NCBI RefSeq assembly: GCF_009914755.1
Contig: NC_060927.1
DNA: 64,000 nt
Source: the human T2T-CHM13v2.0 reference genome, Homo sapiens
Strand: one strand, 5' to 3'
Shown: positions 15,481 to 29,823 of the stretch, in pieces
Layout of the letters: each line of letters opens with the position of its first letter
How positions within the stretch are numbered: the first letter of the stretch is position 1
Notes under the pieces: generated by a model
Databases searched by the model: none
Told to the model about the DNA's origin: nothing
Seen by the model: the letters and a program-made list of their open reading frames with translations, nothing else
Program-made: the position numbers and the translations under genes

Positions 15481-15769
15481 AGCCCCTGGTTTTCTCTCTG
15501 CAATTCCCCTTCTCCACTCTCTCCCTTCTACTCAGTCCTGGTGCCGCAGACCCCTCCTCCTGGTTCCCAGAGATCCTGGCCAGCCCGGTCTCAGGCAAGG
15601 CCATGTAGAATGCCGGGAGTGATAATTGCGTATTGTTTCATGACTGCAAGCCTGTGTCCAGGTGGCTCCTTCTCCTGGAACACCCTTCCCACCACACCTG
15701 CGGCCGCACTGCTCCGTGCCCTGCTAAGCCTCACTTCTTTTGAGGCGACCCTCTCGCTAAGTCCCGACC

Positions 15770-16170
15770 ACCTGGCCCTCTCTCTGCTCAGTGCCTGAAC
15801 ACATCAGGCTTGCTGCAGCCCCTGCCTTTACCTCTCTACTTGTAGTGTTCTTTCAGAGCCTGCTCCCATATGGTATCACATATCAGATATCTGATGCAGA
15901 GCCTTAGAGAGGCTGTTCCAGGTCACACAAACTAAGGAAGTCCCTCAGCCACTCCCTGCCACATCACCCTGTTCTATTTCCTTCACAGCACTTAACTGTA
16001 TATCTGATATTTCCTTGTTTCTTTGTTTGTTCATTGTCTGTCTCTCCCACTAGACTGTAAGCTCTTTGAGGACAGGAAATTTGTGAGATGTATTCACTGT
16101 TGTATCCCCAATACACAGTGATGGCTTGTAGCAGTTGCTAAATAAATGTTTGTTGAATGGCTTAATGCAT
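15770..16170 (+). mobile_element. L2 3' end
   Basis: cccactagactgtaagctctttgaggacagg...aataaatgtttgttgaatg is the L2a terminus. Confidence 0.8.
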
Positions 16171-16507
16171 GTATTTTGCTCACATAAGCCAGTATGGGCA
16201 CCCAGGATTGAGGTGGCCTGTGCCTGCTGATCCACTTAGCCTACTTTCAGGCACTGTCCCCTTGTTCTTTAGGCTCCAGCCTGCAGGTCTCCCTGCTGTC
16301 CCTCATATCTGTGGAACTTCTCGACTCATAAAGTTTCCATGTGCCGTTCATCTTTGTCCAGAGAACCCCCATCATTCTTCAGGAAGTTCCTACTAAAATG
16401 CCATGACTTCAGGGAAGCTTTCCCTAGCCTCAGCCTTACTAGGACAGATTCCTCCATTATGTGATCACAGAGAGGCCTGTAATTTTTCTTCATGAACCTC
16501 TCTCAAC

Positions 16508-16816
16508 TTTATTTATTTATTTTTTTTTGAGGTAGAGTCTCACTCTGTCACCCAGGCTAGAGTCCAATGGTGCAATCTCAGCTCAATGGACCCTCCACCT
16601 CCTAGGTTCAAGCGATTCTCCTGCCTTAGCCTCCTGAGTAGCTGGGATTACAGGCATGCGCCACCACACCCAGCTAATTTTTGTATTTTTAGTAGACGTT
16701 TCACCGGGGTTTCACCATGTTGGCCAGGCTGGTCTCAAACTCCTGACGTCAGATGATCCACCTACCTCAGCCTCCCAAAGTGCTGAGATTACAGGCATGA
16801 GCCACTGCACCCTGCC
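16508..16816 (-). mobile_element. Alu (AluSx-like) within a second L2 fragment
   Basis: Reverse Alu with a T-rich tail. Confidence 0.95.
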
Positions 16817-16979
16817 TTCAACTGCAATTTTATCACTGCTTCTGGGATTGCTTGATTAACATGTCTCTGGACAATGATGGCGAAGACTAGCTTATTCTCC
16901 TGGGAAGTCCCCAGGGCTGAATGCATGCCCTGTGTGTGGAAGGTGTGCCATATAATCTGTAGGAAAACTGGCTGAGTGT

Positions 16980-18470
16980 TAGGGGCCTGCAATGGGAAAG
17001 TGGTGTGTTCTGAACTTGGGAGTTAAAATTGAGAAGGCAGATGGGCGACAGGAACCACTGAACAATGGCTTGGAGGTTAGACACCCCAAAAAGATGTATT
17101 AGGAAATCAGAGAGGAATCCATACTCTTAGAGGTATGGAGCAGGAGAGGAGGGAATTTTAAGCAGAAAGTGTTCCGAAATCATGTGGAAAGTAGAAAATG
17201 TACCAGATGAACTGGGGGATCTCATTAAGGAGATTGTTGAAGGTGCCTCCTCCTGGCTTCTTCTTGCTGCTTATACTAAAATGTGAGAGAAGGGACATAA
17301 GCCAAAGGAAGGATTGTTAAATAAAAAGGAACCATAACTTGGGCTGTGAAAATGTCCAGCTTCTCCAGATGTCATATGATGCTAAAACTAACAAATGGCT
17401 TCCAGGCAAAGAGCAAATGCAGGCCAGTGCAAGGAAGATGGCCTAAAGATGAAGCCAAGAGTGTGGTCATGAGATCTTTTGTAAAATCTTCAAAGAGAAC
17501 AAAGGGACACCTCAGAATATTTTGTTAAATAGTAGGATTTCTAAGAAGCTTACAGTTGTCCTTGACAGCAGTCTCAGCAGAAGCCCAAGAGAGAGAAGGG
17601 CTTTTCTCAAAGAGATGTGTGGGTTTGACAGTTGTCTAAAGGCATGAACCTCAGTGAGATCTACAGGAGACATGCAACATTTTTAAAAGAATTATATGAG
17701 CAAAACAGTGTAGACTTGGACTGAAAGGGTCAGAGACAATATAAAATGAAAAGAGACCTCTAGACTCCCCCAAATTCTGGGAGGAAGCAAGCTGAGAAAC
17801 TATACGGATATGAACCTGGGCTGCATTTCATGGAAAAGAAGGGATGACTTGGGGAATAGAACAAAGAACCCAAAGGGTGGAGCCAAGAGCGTGGAGAATC
17901 ACTCTGGGGCCAGAGTCAGACTGAGTCCTATTCAAGAGACTTTCAGGACCCGCCCAGGAAGATTTTAGAATTGCCGTACACTAGTTACTCCTGCATGCCT
18001 CCTGTCCTTGTTCCCTTTGGAGCAGGCACGTCTACAGTGGTTATCCAATGCCTATCCCACCAGTTTATGTCAGGTGGGTGCAGGGGGGAGGCGCAGTTAA
18101 TTTGTCTCTGGAATTCCTAAGTCTGTAGATTGAGAGCAACTCTACTCAAGGAGCTACACTTGAGGGAATAATACCCCAGGTGCTTCACCCACATCAAAGC
18201 CTGATTTAGATGCAGAGATTCTGGATATTGAGCTGATTCTACAGTGGGATGAGGCTTTGAGGGGATGTTTGGAGGGCGAATGTATTTTGCATGTGGAAGG
18301 ATGTAAGTAGTTTGTGGCCAGTAGGTGGACTGTGGTCATTTTAAAACTCTCTGATGCTCTTCCATTCAAGGAGTGGCACTTAATTCCCCTGCCTTTGAAT
18401 GTAGGCTGAACGTAGTGACTTCCTTTTAACACATGAAAGATGGTGGAAGTAACTGTGTGATTTCCGAATC
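16980..18470 (+). mobile_element. ERVL-MaLR (MLT1-type) internal sequence plus LTR fragments
   Basis: MaLR-like internal motifs; gtattttgcatgtggaagg...gtggactgtgg and ttaattcccctgcctttgaatgtaggctg resemble MLT1 LTRs. Confidence 0.55.
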
Positions 18471-20202
18471 CATCCTTTCATAGACCAGAGAGAGAAGCTG
18501 AGGCTTGAGGTCAGACAGTGGCAGAAGCCAGCTTGTCCCTGTCCCAGGACTATATGATACTCTCTGAACGAGTCCCACTGAAACCCTCTTTTGCCAGTTC
18601 AGTTCACTGTGCCGGGAATGCCCTGCTTCTTGAAGCCACCAGCTGAGCCCTGCCTGTGCCCCAGGGATGGGCTTGTGCATCATCTCCTTTGGGAAGCCTG
18701 ACCCCAGCCTTCTCCTTGGGAATTCCCTCACTCACAGCACAGACCACACTCTAATGCAACTATTTATATGTGTGTCTGTCTCTTTATCAACTGCAACACC
18801 TCTGAGGGCAGGGACAGGGCCTGTTTCATCTGTGTATCCCACAGCCCTGCACAGGCCCTGATCCAGGAGAGGCACCTGCAGTGACAGTGGCTGGATAAGC
18901 CCTGCAGAGAGAGCCTCTGCCCGGGCTTTCCGCAGGGCCCTGGTGGCTAAGTCCTCCCAGGGAAAGCAGTGTGCACTTACACAGCCCAAGTCTGGGTAGA
19001 ACAATGGGGGCTACTGCTCCAATCCAGAGGCAGATTAGGAGACAAGCCTGGCTCAGGGCTCTGTGAATGGGGGATGGGATAGACATGGGTTCTCTTTCTG
19101 TTGTATAATGATGATTCAGCTTGTTTTTGGGGAATCAGTAACTGGGACTGTGTGTACGCTGCAAAGGAAACATTAACTTGAAGGTCATAGCCTGTGGGAA
19201 ATCAAAGCGGGGAGGCCAAGTGACCTGGGCTTGTTTTTGTTTTGTTTTGTTTTGTTTTAATTTTGGAGCCAGTGTTTCTCTTTATCTCCTAGGATGCCTC
19301 GTTCAGATGCTTCTACCCTGCCTCGTGAGTTACTCATGATGTCACCTGATCCCCACCCCTTAGAACCTCTCCCCAGTGGGAACCAAGAATTCAAAATGGT
19401 TTTCTCCATATTTCCCCCTTTAAAGGGCCTGCATGCAATTTTTCATGTAGAGGCGAAGGTAGGGATGAGACTTAACAGAGCTCTGTGCCACACACCAGAG
19501 CCCACCTGATGACCTGCAGACATAGATGGAATGCTTCTGGGCCACAGAGCTTACAGCCCTGCTCCTGCCAGGTCCTCTCCAGCCCCATGCCAAATCTAAC
19601 CTGGGGGTGTTGCGTGTTTGCACCCCCATGCAAACTGGCTGGTGCCAGCACCTGGCTGGCACATGGCCCCCAGAAACTCACTGTAAAGGAATAAATGAGC
19701 AAAGAGGAGGCAGGGACGGTGTCTCTACTCCAGGTGCTCGCACCTCTATGGGGGAGATGAATGCACAGGTGGCAGATATGAAAGGTGGGAGGGGATGTGA
19801 ACCATCACAGAGGTGAGACATGAAGAAAGCGGGTCTGGGTACTTCAGGCTTCACCTGGGAGATAAGGCCCAGTAAGACTGTGATGACTTTAACCAGCAAA
19901 AAATAAGAAACGTTCCAGTTGGAGAGAATGTAAGAATGATGCATTGGTGCATGGAGGTGGGGATGTGGGTTGTTTTTGAGGAATCAGGAGAAAGCATTGC
20001 AGCTGCAGGAGAGAAGCTGGCAAAGTCAGGGGTCACGAGGCCACAACATGGGGTGCAGACTGTGGGTTTCACTCTGTTGTCCAGTGGTAACAAGATGTTC
20101 TGATTTCATAGGCCAGGGCAATTTCAACAGCATTCCAGTAACTGATATTAGATTCTCATTTTCTTATTTTGCAAAGTAAAAACATCTTTAAAAAGTCAAT
20201 AT

Positions 20203-20590
20203 TCTGGAGTATTATTCAGACTTAAAAAGGAAGAAAATTCTGACACACATTACAACATGGAGGAATCTTGAGTAGTTTATTCTAACTGAGTTAACCCAGC
20301 CACAATAGGACAAATGGTTCTGTTTCTATGAGGTCCCTAAAGTACTCATGTTCATAGAGACAGAAAGTGGAATGGGGGGTGCCAGGGGCCATGGGGAGGG
20401 GAGAATGGGGAGTTCATGTTTAATGGGGACAGAGTTTCAGTTGAAAAAGTTCTGGAGATGGATGGCAGTGATGGTTGCACGACAGTGTGAATGCTCTTAA
20501 AAACATAGCACTGTGCACTAAAGAATAGTTAAAATGGTAAATTTTGGGTTATGTTTATTTTACCACAATTAAAAATAATAACTTTAAAAA
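20203..20590 (+). mobile_element. L1MB-type 3' end
   Basis: catagagacagaaagtggaatg...atggggacagagtttcag...ttaaaatggtaaatttt...taccacaatt. Confidence 0.85.
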
Positions 20591-20838
20591 ATCAGTTTCC
20601 ATCAGCCATCACCATAATTGCATTGGAAAAGCTCATGTAGCATCAGAAAGCTGAAAGGAGCAACTGGGCCTTGTTGGAAGCTCTGTCCCTGATGGCCCTG
20701 GGCCTGGGCTGGCCACTAAGTGTGAGGAAATCACCCACCCAGGATTCAGCGCAGGCATGTGCAAGACAAGTGAGCAGAACGTGGCACTGGTTGGGGAGCA
20801 CAGGATGGTGCCATGGCCCAGGGCCAGGGACAGCAGGG

Positions 20839-20892
20839 CCCTGACCCTGACCCTGAACCTGACCCTGACCCTGACCCTGACCCTGAGCCTGA
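20839..20892. repeat. (CCCTGA)n / (TCAGGG)n hexamer array, 9 units
   Basis: 7 perfect CCCTGA units plus ACCTGA and GCCTGA variants. Confidence 0.95.
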
Positions 20893-22519
20893 GGGCTTGG
20901 GGTGTGGAGAACTTCATGGAACCCAGAGGAGTGCAGCGTGTAGGGACTGCTTGGGAGATGCGGCAACTGTGATCATAACAGGGAGCAGGGAAGACCCAGC
21001 TCCCTCCCTCACCTCATGTCCTTCCAGGACCCTCCAATGGCTAAGTCTCTGCAAGTCAGAGGTAGAGAGGCCTGGGGCTGCAGCCCTCCCAGGTCAGACT
21101 CCAAGCACCAGGCCCCGTGAAGGGTGGGGAGTGGACCAGAGGGATCCGCAGATGAGTGGCACTGTCCAGTCAGCGGAGAGCCCACCTCATGTTGCTCAGT
21201 GGAGGGAGCTCCATGTGAAGTAGCTGCAAAAGTGCTGGAAATGCTGCAGGGCAAAAAGAAGTGGTGAGGCAGCTGGAGATCAGCAGTAGCACCAGCCGCC
21301 ACCACCTGAAACTGCACGGACGCTGGGAGGGCAAAGTCACTGTGGAGCTCTGAAGTTGGAACCATCCAGGAACGGGCACCCAGGGCTGCTCAGGGGGAGC
21401 GGGGATCGAGGAGAGGCTGCTGCCATTCCTGGAGCACACACTGCGAAGTGTTTGGCTGGGAAGGGGAAGGTAACAAGAGAAGGTCATGGTGGGAACGGGG
21501 AAAGGCTGTAATGAGAGAGACTTAAGAGTGTAAAAAGCTATTGAGAAAGACTCAGCTGAGAAGGAAAAGTTGAATGTACAAGAAAGAAAGGGGAGAATCA
21601 GTAGTGTCTGTGGTTCCTAAAAACGGGGGGAAGGGAAGATGTCCAAAAGCAGATTCCGAGGTGGCTTGAACAGCATCATAACCAGAAGGAAGGAAGGGAG
21701 GGTGGGAGGATGGATGGGTGGGTAGCTAGATGGACGGTGGGGTTTCTTTACCCATGGTTCATGTTGGTACAAGATCCCCCCTTGTGGCTTTCCTTCTCTC
21801 TCTAAAGAGTGGGGTAAGGTCATCTCCTGAGGTGGGATGCAGGAGAGGGAAGCTCGAGCAGTCCTTGTGGGATTGGGGAATGGGAGAGCGGTGGAAGGAC
21901 CCTGGGCCGTATTGAAGGCACACCTCAGTTTACAGTGGGGCGAAACTGCGCGTTTGAGACCCCAGAAGCATCAGACTACTCAAGAAGCAGGCACGGAGGA
22001 AAAGGAAACCCATCTCTGAGTTTACCCAAGACTGACCCAGATGGTTTCAGTGAAAATCAAAGGGCAGTCTTGGACTGCAGATTCTGAGCTGGACGAGGAA
22101 AATGCTGGTGAATTGAGGGAAACTATCAAGGGCCCTTTAAGACCAATGAGAGGGTCGTGCTGGAGCAGTTGTACCGGAGACTAAAAGAGCAGACCCAGAA
22201 CAGAAGGTGGAGGTGAGGAGTCTGAACGAGAGGTTCGGGTGACAACGGCTCTGTCAAAAAGAAAAAACCTTAAGCAAGTTTAAACTTGTCAGAGTTTATT
22301 TGAGAAGAAAAAAAAAGATTTGTGAGTTGGGCAGCCCTCAGAACCAGAACAGGTTCAAAGAGCTCCTGGCTGCTACACGGTCAGGCTGCATTTATGGACA
22401 GAAAGTGGAAGTGAGGCAAAAAGAACAACTTAATTGGTTGCAGCTCAGCATTGTATCTCACTTGAAGCAGCCGGCTGCCTGTTACTAACTGAAAGTCAGA
22501 TATTTGTGACATGAGTATA

Positions 22520-22801
22520 CATTTGATCCTTGGACAACGCAGGTTGGACCTGTGCGGGTCCATGTTTGCAGGATTTTTAAAATAAATACAGCTGGCCCTC
22601 CATATTGGCAGTTTCTGCATCTACAACCAAATACAAATCAAAAATACAGCATTTGTGGAATGTGAAACCTGTGTATGCAAAGGGCCAACTTTTCGTATTC
22701 ATGGGTTTCACAGAGGCAATTGTGGGACTTCAGTATGCACGGGTTTTGGTATCCGCAGGTGGTCCTGGAACCAATGCCTTGCAGATACCGAGAGACCACT
22801 G
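22520..22801. mobile_element. Tigger-family MITE (MER2/MER8-like) inserted in the 3' LTR
   Basis: Termini ta|catttgatccttggacaac and gataccgagagaccactg|tg; absent from the partner LTR. Confidence 0.8.
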
Positions 22802-25800
22802 TGCTCCTAAGTTAGTTACATTTAGCAGGAATTACTCCATATTGGCTTGGTCTGTTGGGCCCAGTAAAGGAGCTTTCTCCAAATCAGTAGCCTCCTGCAA
22901 ATTTAATTTAACAACCCCTTCCTTTTGGTCAGGATCTCACCTAAGTAAGAATGTGAATAAAACTTAGGGCATCAGCGCTCCTCCCACTTACCGTCATTTT
23001 AGATATTCAGTCTCAACGTGTCATTTATTCATAGTCCTCATGATCATACTTTTGAGGATTTTTGTCATTCCAATAAAAAGATACCATTTAATGTTTAACA
23101 GATAGCTGCATGCAAACATTTAAAAATTTTTGAAAGAATACAATGCACCAGGAAGACTACTATTATGACTATTGGGAGCATGATACCAAGAGTTTAAAGT
23201 ATGCCCCTTACCCAGGGTCCCCATGAAACAAATCAACTACAGTCGAATAGATCAAACAATACACCAAATGAAGAGTGCACCCATTTTAACCAAATAGCCT
23301 GTTTGTTGTTTTTTTGTGACTGAGTCTGTACAGTACCCGACGTATTTATTCATATGCAACAAAAAGCATCAGCACCGACTCCTCCTTGCTCAGCTGATAA
23401 GCCATCTCACATCCCATGACTGGGCCAAATCAAAGCAGGAGTTTTGTGGGCCAGAAGTCCAGCTCTATAAAAGGGACCACAAATACAATTTAAATAGGCA
23501 GTTGCATTAGGGATGTTCCTAAAGTTAATCACTAAGTGAACTAATGGATCCCTTAGATCATGTAAAGTTCTGGATTAGCAGAAAAAAAATTCAACATTTT
23601 GTATTTATGGTGAATTTCTAACTACAGAAGTATCCTTCCAAGTAAAAAAGTAGGCATAAACGAGGAAAACTCAACAGGGAAAGCGTCTCATTAAGAGAAG
23701 AGTTTAGTTCCCACATATTGGGAAAACTGTTCATATCTAACATGTCATCTGCTTCCAGGAAAATTTCCCCATGGCCAGCTTTACCTTAAAGTCTACAACA
23801 GGTGTGCACTTCCAGGAAACTTGAGAGGCCGTTTGAGCTGTGAGTTGTGAACCCAGCCAAGGTTCAAGGCCCCAAAGCTTCGCTGCAGTGTGGGTAGTGA
23901 GAAGAACTTGCTGTGGTGCCTACCCACAGGGTTCCAGGGCAATCTTTCTTTGATGTCTTTTCCAGAAGACCTTGTCTTCAGGTTCTAAACTGTGAGGGAC
24001 TTGATTGTTCTCAGCTCGTGGATCATGGAAAGTTTCTTTTATCTGGTGAGAATATACTTTGGCATAATACATGAAAGCCTTACATTATTTAGTTATATCA
24101 GAATTGAGGAGAGTGGGAGATACATGAGTTCTATTTTTAAGGGCACAGGCCTCCAATAACTACTACATAAAGGTTCAGTCTATGTTTTCCACTGGGAGTG
24201 AATCTGATTCCCCGCAAAGCCAATGGTAGTGCCTTTGGCCAAGGCAATCCAATTGATTCAGTTGTCAATTTCAGTTTCTTAAAATGCCATTTGTTCTTTC
24301 AACTTTTCTAGAAGATTGAGGGTGATGGGGACAATGATAGTGTCATTGTGTTTGCAATACCTTGTTTAACTGCTTTAGAGTTTGTCCAGTAACATAGATT
24401 CCTCTGTTGCAGGAGATTCTTCTCCAGGGGCGCCCCAGAAAGGAAACACATTTCTAATAACATATTAGCAACTATCCTAGCATCAGCTTTCTTACATGGG
24501 AAAGCTTCTATCTGACCAGAGAACATGCAAACTATTACAATAACATGCTGATATCCCATCAAGGGTGGAAGTTGAATGAAGTTCATCTGCAAATATTCAA
24601 ATGGTTCATCATGTGGTAGAAATAAATACACCACCTGAAGCTTTCATTGTCTTCCCAGGATTATGGGTTTGACAAATCAAACATTGGCTATCAACTCTTT
24701 TAGCAATTTTAGAACAATCACCCCACCAATATTTTTCGTAATTTGGATCACCGTAATGAGCTATGGAGTGCAGAGCCCTTAACAACGGAAGCTTCAAGGA
24801 CTCAGAGAGGACCAAGTGGCTATCCAGGGCCTCCATGGGTCCACACTTCACGCTGAATTTATGTGTTTTCAGATACCAATTTTGTTTTTCCAAATTGGTG
24901 CACTGCACTGTTTATTAAGTAAGTCATCATAGAGGAGCTGACTTTGATCAATCTTATGGAGTTTATTGAAATTACACATCCTAACAATTTTAGTACTGGC
25001 TGACTTAGCATGAACATCTGCCAGGGCATTCCCTTGATACTCAGGTGCAGTTTTATAAGTAGGTGTTTTGATTTTAATAATGGCAGTTTGTGATGGTAAC
25101 AGGATGGCAGAAAGGAGTTCATTTACTTGGAGTTCATTTTTGATGGGGATCCCACTGGAAGTGAGAAGCCCCCTTTGTTTCCATAACATGCTGAAATTAT
25201 GAAGTACTTCTAAAGTATATCTGCTATCTAAAAAATATCTACTGATTTATCTTAACTACGTGACAATCTCAGGTAAAAGCAAAAAGCTCTGCAGGTTAGG
25301 CTGATTTAAATTGGGGAAGAGTTTCCTTTCCTATTAATTCATTTTGAGTGGTAACAGCATACCCCACCTGACATTTTCCTTCTGAGTTTTCAGCCCAAGA
25401 CTCATCAACAAACAAATGTCGCCTTGGGATTAGCTAATGGAGTGCTTCATAAAGCAGCATGCTAGACCACTGATTGAGATACCACACTCACACTGTAATC
25501 AGCCAGAGGTAGCAGAGTGCAACATCTTAGATGGAGATTGGGAGGCAAAAGGATTTCATTAGATGACAATCTACTTGCTGAAAAATGCTGAATTTGACTG
25601 GAATTTAATAAATTTTCCACAACATGTGGGGCTTGCGTAAAAGTTCATTCCCTAAGACTAACTCAGGTTAAAACTCTACTGATATGGCAGCTGTGGCTAC
25701 TGCTTTTAGTGGTGAGGATGTGCCTCAGCTGCGGGGGCTGACTGCCAGCTGTAATGTGCAATGGGCCTATTGTTTTCCCTCATGCCTGATTGCCATGTTC

Positions 25801-28800
25801 ATGAATGAACAAGGTGAAAAGTTTAGTGCAATTTGGAAGTCCTAAGGTTGGGGCTGCGGTAAGGCCGGTTTCTGCCAGTGAGAAGCCCACTCCTGACTGC
25901 CCTCCCATGGTGCAGGTTCTGGTGCTGCATTCTTAGTGAGCTCATACAATGGTGAGATGGTTAAGGAAAAGCTTGGAACCCAGGATCTGCAGTATCCTGC
26001 AAGTCTCAGAAAACCTCTTCACTGTCTTTTAGCTGTAGGCCAGGGAAAACCTTGAGTGGTTTTTATTCTTTTGGAAACCCTTTCCACAGTCAGGTCATGC
26101 CTTAGAGTGAAACTTTCTCCTTGAAAACTGAAGGCTTTCCATCAAAACTTTGTGACCTTTATGTGCAAGTTGCTGTAAGAGGTGAAGTAAGTCCATTTTA
26201 GACCACACTTTAGTGGGAGAGCAAAGCAAGAGATAATCTACATGCCAAATGAGGGGAGAATTTCAAGGAAATTGCAAGGTTGTCAAGTCCTGGTGTAATG
26301 CCTGGGAAAAATAAGGAGGCGCTTCAGGAAACCTCTGTGGCATTACAGTCCAGGTATACTTTGATTTTTCTAAGTAAAAAGCGAACAAATACTGACTCTC
26401 TTTCTCAGCTAGAATGCTAAAGAAAGCTGGACAGGGGCTTATGACTGTGAGCCATTCTGAATCAATGGGCACACTAGACAATCAAGTGTTAGAGTTTGGA
26501 ACCACAGGAAACCTTGGTATCACGATTTTATTAAGTGCTCGTAAATCGTGAACAAATCTCCCTCCTTGTGCATCCTTGTCCCTTGATTTTTTTTAACTGG
26601 TAAGACTGGAATATTACAAGGACTGATACATAGAATAAGTCCTTGTTTAATTAAATCTTCTGCAATTGATGAGAGTCCTTGAATTGCCCAGGCCTCAGTA
26701 AATATTAGGATAATTTACGTAAAGGTTTAGAATGATCGATTTAGACTTTTATAGGTACCATACTTTTAACCCTTCCTATATCAGTAGAGGAAGAAGCCTA
26801 TAAACATTTGGGTATTTTAGAGAGATCAAAGATATTGCAGGCCTGAGTTTTGATCTTGTCAGTTTCTGCCTGTGGAGAGCACAACAGATCTCGTTCAGGA
26901 GGTCAGGAAATTCTAACATTAACTCCTGCTCTGCAGGAAACTTCATATGCCTCTTTAGCTTAGCAGATAAGTCTTGCCCTAGTGAGTTACTAGAAGAGTG
27001 TCACATAGGAAGAAGGTTCACTTTTCTGAAAATGGCCCCAGCATCAACTGGACAGGTTCTGACATGGGTACTATTGTGTCTGATTCAAAACCCCCACCAC
27101 AGAAATGACCTTTCCACTTTCAGGGATTTGTCAGCTTGTTAAAAGAAAAACTTCAGCTGAATTAAATTTAAAGGAGTTTAATTGAGTGATGAATGATTCG
27201 TGAATCGGGCAGCCCCCAGAATCACAGCAGATTTGGAGAGACTGCAGAGATGCCTCAGGGTCAGAACAAATTTATAGACAAAAAAGGGAAGTGACATACA
27301 GGAATCGGAGGTGAGGTACAGAACAGCTGAACTGGCTACAGGTTGGAGTTTGCCTTATTTGAACACAATTTGAATGCTCAGCAGTGTGTGAGTGGTTGAA
27401 GTATGGCTGCTGGGATTGGCCAGGACTCAGCGACTGTTACAAGTGCATACTCCTAAGTTAGGTTTTCAATCTTGTCTACCTACTAAATTAGGTTACAGTT
27501 CATCCACAAGACTTGAATATAGAAGTATGGAGCCCTTCTCAGGCCATATTTAGTTTGCTTTAATAATTCCCCCTTTTGGTCATTTTCTCAGTTTTGAGAG
27601 ATTGACCAAAACTTTAGTCATTGATGTCACTATCTATAAGAGAAAAACAGACCTAGTCTGTTCTAGTCTAGGATCTGTGTCCTTCCTTAAAGTCTTAGCT
27701 CAATTATGTCACATTTAGTATAAGCAACTCCATTTTTGTTTGGTTTGGTCTGTTGGAGTCTAGTGCATGAGCTCAGTCCAAAACAATTGGCCTCCTATAA
27801 TTTTGTTTTTTTAAAAAAATCCCCCTTTTTGCTGGGTTCTCACTTAAGTGAGAGTGTAACCAAAACTTAGGGCTGTAGCACCACTTTCAGTTACCATCAT
27901 TTTGGGTTTCTGGTCTCAGCATGTCATTCAAAGCTTACAGTGTCCTCATGGTCCCATGTTTCTTTCGGCTGGGCTCAGGAAGGACAAGGCAGCCATCCTG
28001 GTTCTCCATGAGTCCATGCTTAATTAACATCAGAGTTATATTCTCTTGAATACCAGTTGTTTTTCCAAATTAGGTGCATAGCACTGATAACTGATGGGTC
28101 ATAATAGGCAATTTGAAGTAGACCATGCATTTCATTCAAATTGTATAACTAAAAAATTTCAGTATTGGCTGATTTACTGTGAAAATCTGACAAAGTATTT
28201 TCTTGATATTTAATTAATTTTTGTTCTACTTAGGTTAGCAATTTTATAACCTAGTCAGTCTTTTCATTAAAGTTCCAGGAATTCTTACCCAATTCAAATG
28301 ATTCTAAAGTTATTAGAAACCTGCACTCCAGAGTGCTTTTTAGGGTCCATTTCATCCTTTCATGAGTCTCCTAAAAGACACCATATTCTAGGATTTTACG
28401 TGCTTGTGAAGTTTTCAAAAACTGCATCAGCACTAAGCAATTAACTGTGGAAATGACTTTATATACTAATAGTCAAAGGCACAATATAAATAGTAATTTG
28501 GTTATTTCTGTGGTCTACAGTAACTTAACATAATAACCATAATTATGATTGATAGCATATACTCAGACATATTAGAATTTTAGAAATCCCATACAATTTT
28601 AGAATATACATTAGTATCATTCACTAAATGTAATCTGAAGAAGGTTAAACATTATTTCTTTGACAAGGCTTCCTATGTAATAACATATCAAATAATCCTG
28701 TTTACCTCTCTTTTGGATGCTTCAGCGGCTCTCTGTAGCATCCCAAAGTTAAGGTCAGAAAAGACTATTTTGAAGCTGAAATTTGATTTTGGAAAGCCTA

Positions 28801-29823
28801 TCAAATATGTTAAAGGTTTAAAACACTTGGTATTATGCTTAATCAGTTTAACCATGAGGTGAGATTCTTATAAACCTTTTATCACCCTCTACAATTTTTG
28901 TAAAAGAGCAGATCAGTGCTTCAAGAAAACCATTTGTGCTTTTATTTCAATGTTCGATTTATGGAAAAACTGAATAATACCCCTTTAAATTTAGTCAATA
29001 TGTTCAAACACAGAATATTTTTACCAGATTAATTTTTAGAAAACTTCCGCAACTTGTTCAGACCCTTAGCTTTTTCTTATCTAATTTGAAACAATCCTTT
29101 AGCCCTCTAAACTAGGCAAAAATTTACATTTCCATCCCTTCTTATAATCTTTTACCAAAAACACATTTCACTCTCCTCACATACCTTGCATGTAAAACTA
29201 TTTTTTAGTAGTTTTAATTATATGTTACAATGGTAACTTTTAGCAACTTTTACTTTTGGTGCATAAATTTCTTTTCATGAATCCTTTCACAATGTACACA
29301 GACCATCTACAACATGCTTGGACTTTCTGACTTGTCCTAAACATCCCTCTTTTTAAACAACTAGTTATTTTATTTTAGGACAAAAATTTACCATACGAGA
29401 TCCTTTCCTATATAAAATCTCTTTTCTGTATAACCTTCTTTGCATAGCCAAGATGCATGGCTAATTCCACATGTCCCCAGGCCTTATCTAGAATCTAATG
29501 TCTCCAAAGTAGGTAAGTTGAACAATTTCAAAAGTCAAAGCAGTTTATAACCTTAAAGCATTTAGCAAATCTAATATCTGACCTGTCTATATTAGACCAA
29601 ATATCTTTATTTTACCAATAATCTTTAAAGCTGTTTTTATTTCCCAAAGATTACTAAAGTTATATAAACTAAGACATTACAGTTTTTACTTTCCTGACAA
29701 AATATTTGATTTAAGCACATATTTTTCTTTAGGCCAATTAATTAGAGCTCTCTTATATAAACATTACACACTCAACACATATATAACTACACAGGCAGAA
29801 CAAAAGAAGACCCAGTAGTTTCT

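Noticed and set aside
14370-15608. Overlapping 150-180 aa ORFs in CpG island 1, including a GAP-GAP-GAP collagen-like stretch
   Set aside because: GC-rich DNA is poor in stops; ORFs occur in several frames on both strands, with no recognisable domain, and the GAP motif is a 9 bp repeat of three copies.
20813-21223. ORF with a (PD)n repeat; interstitial telomere from a chromosome fusion
   Set aside because: The peptide is a translation of the hexamer array; there are no TTAGGG units, head-to-head arrangement or subtelomeric context.
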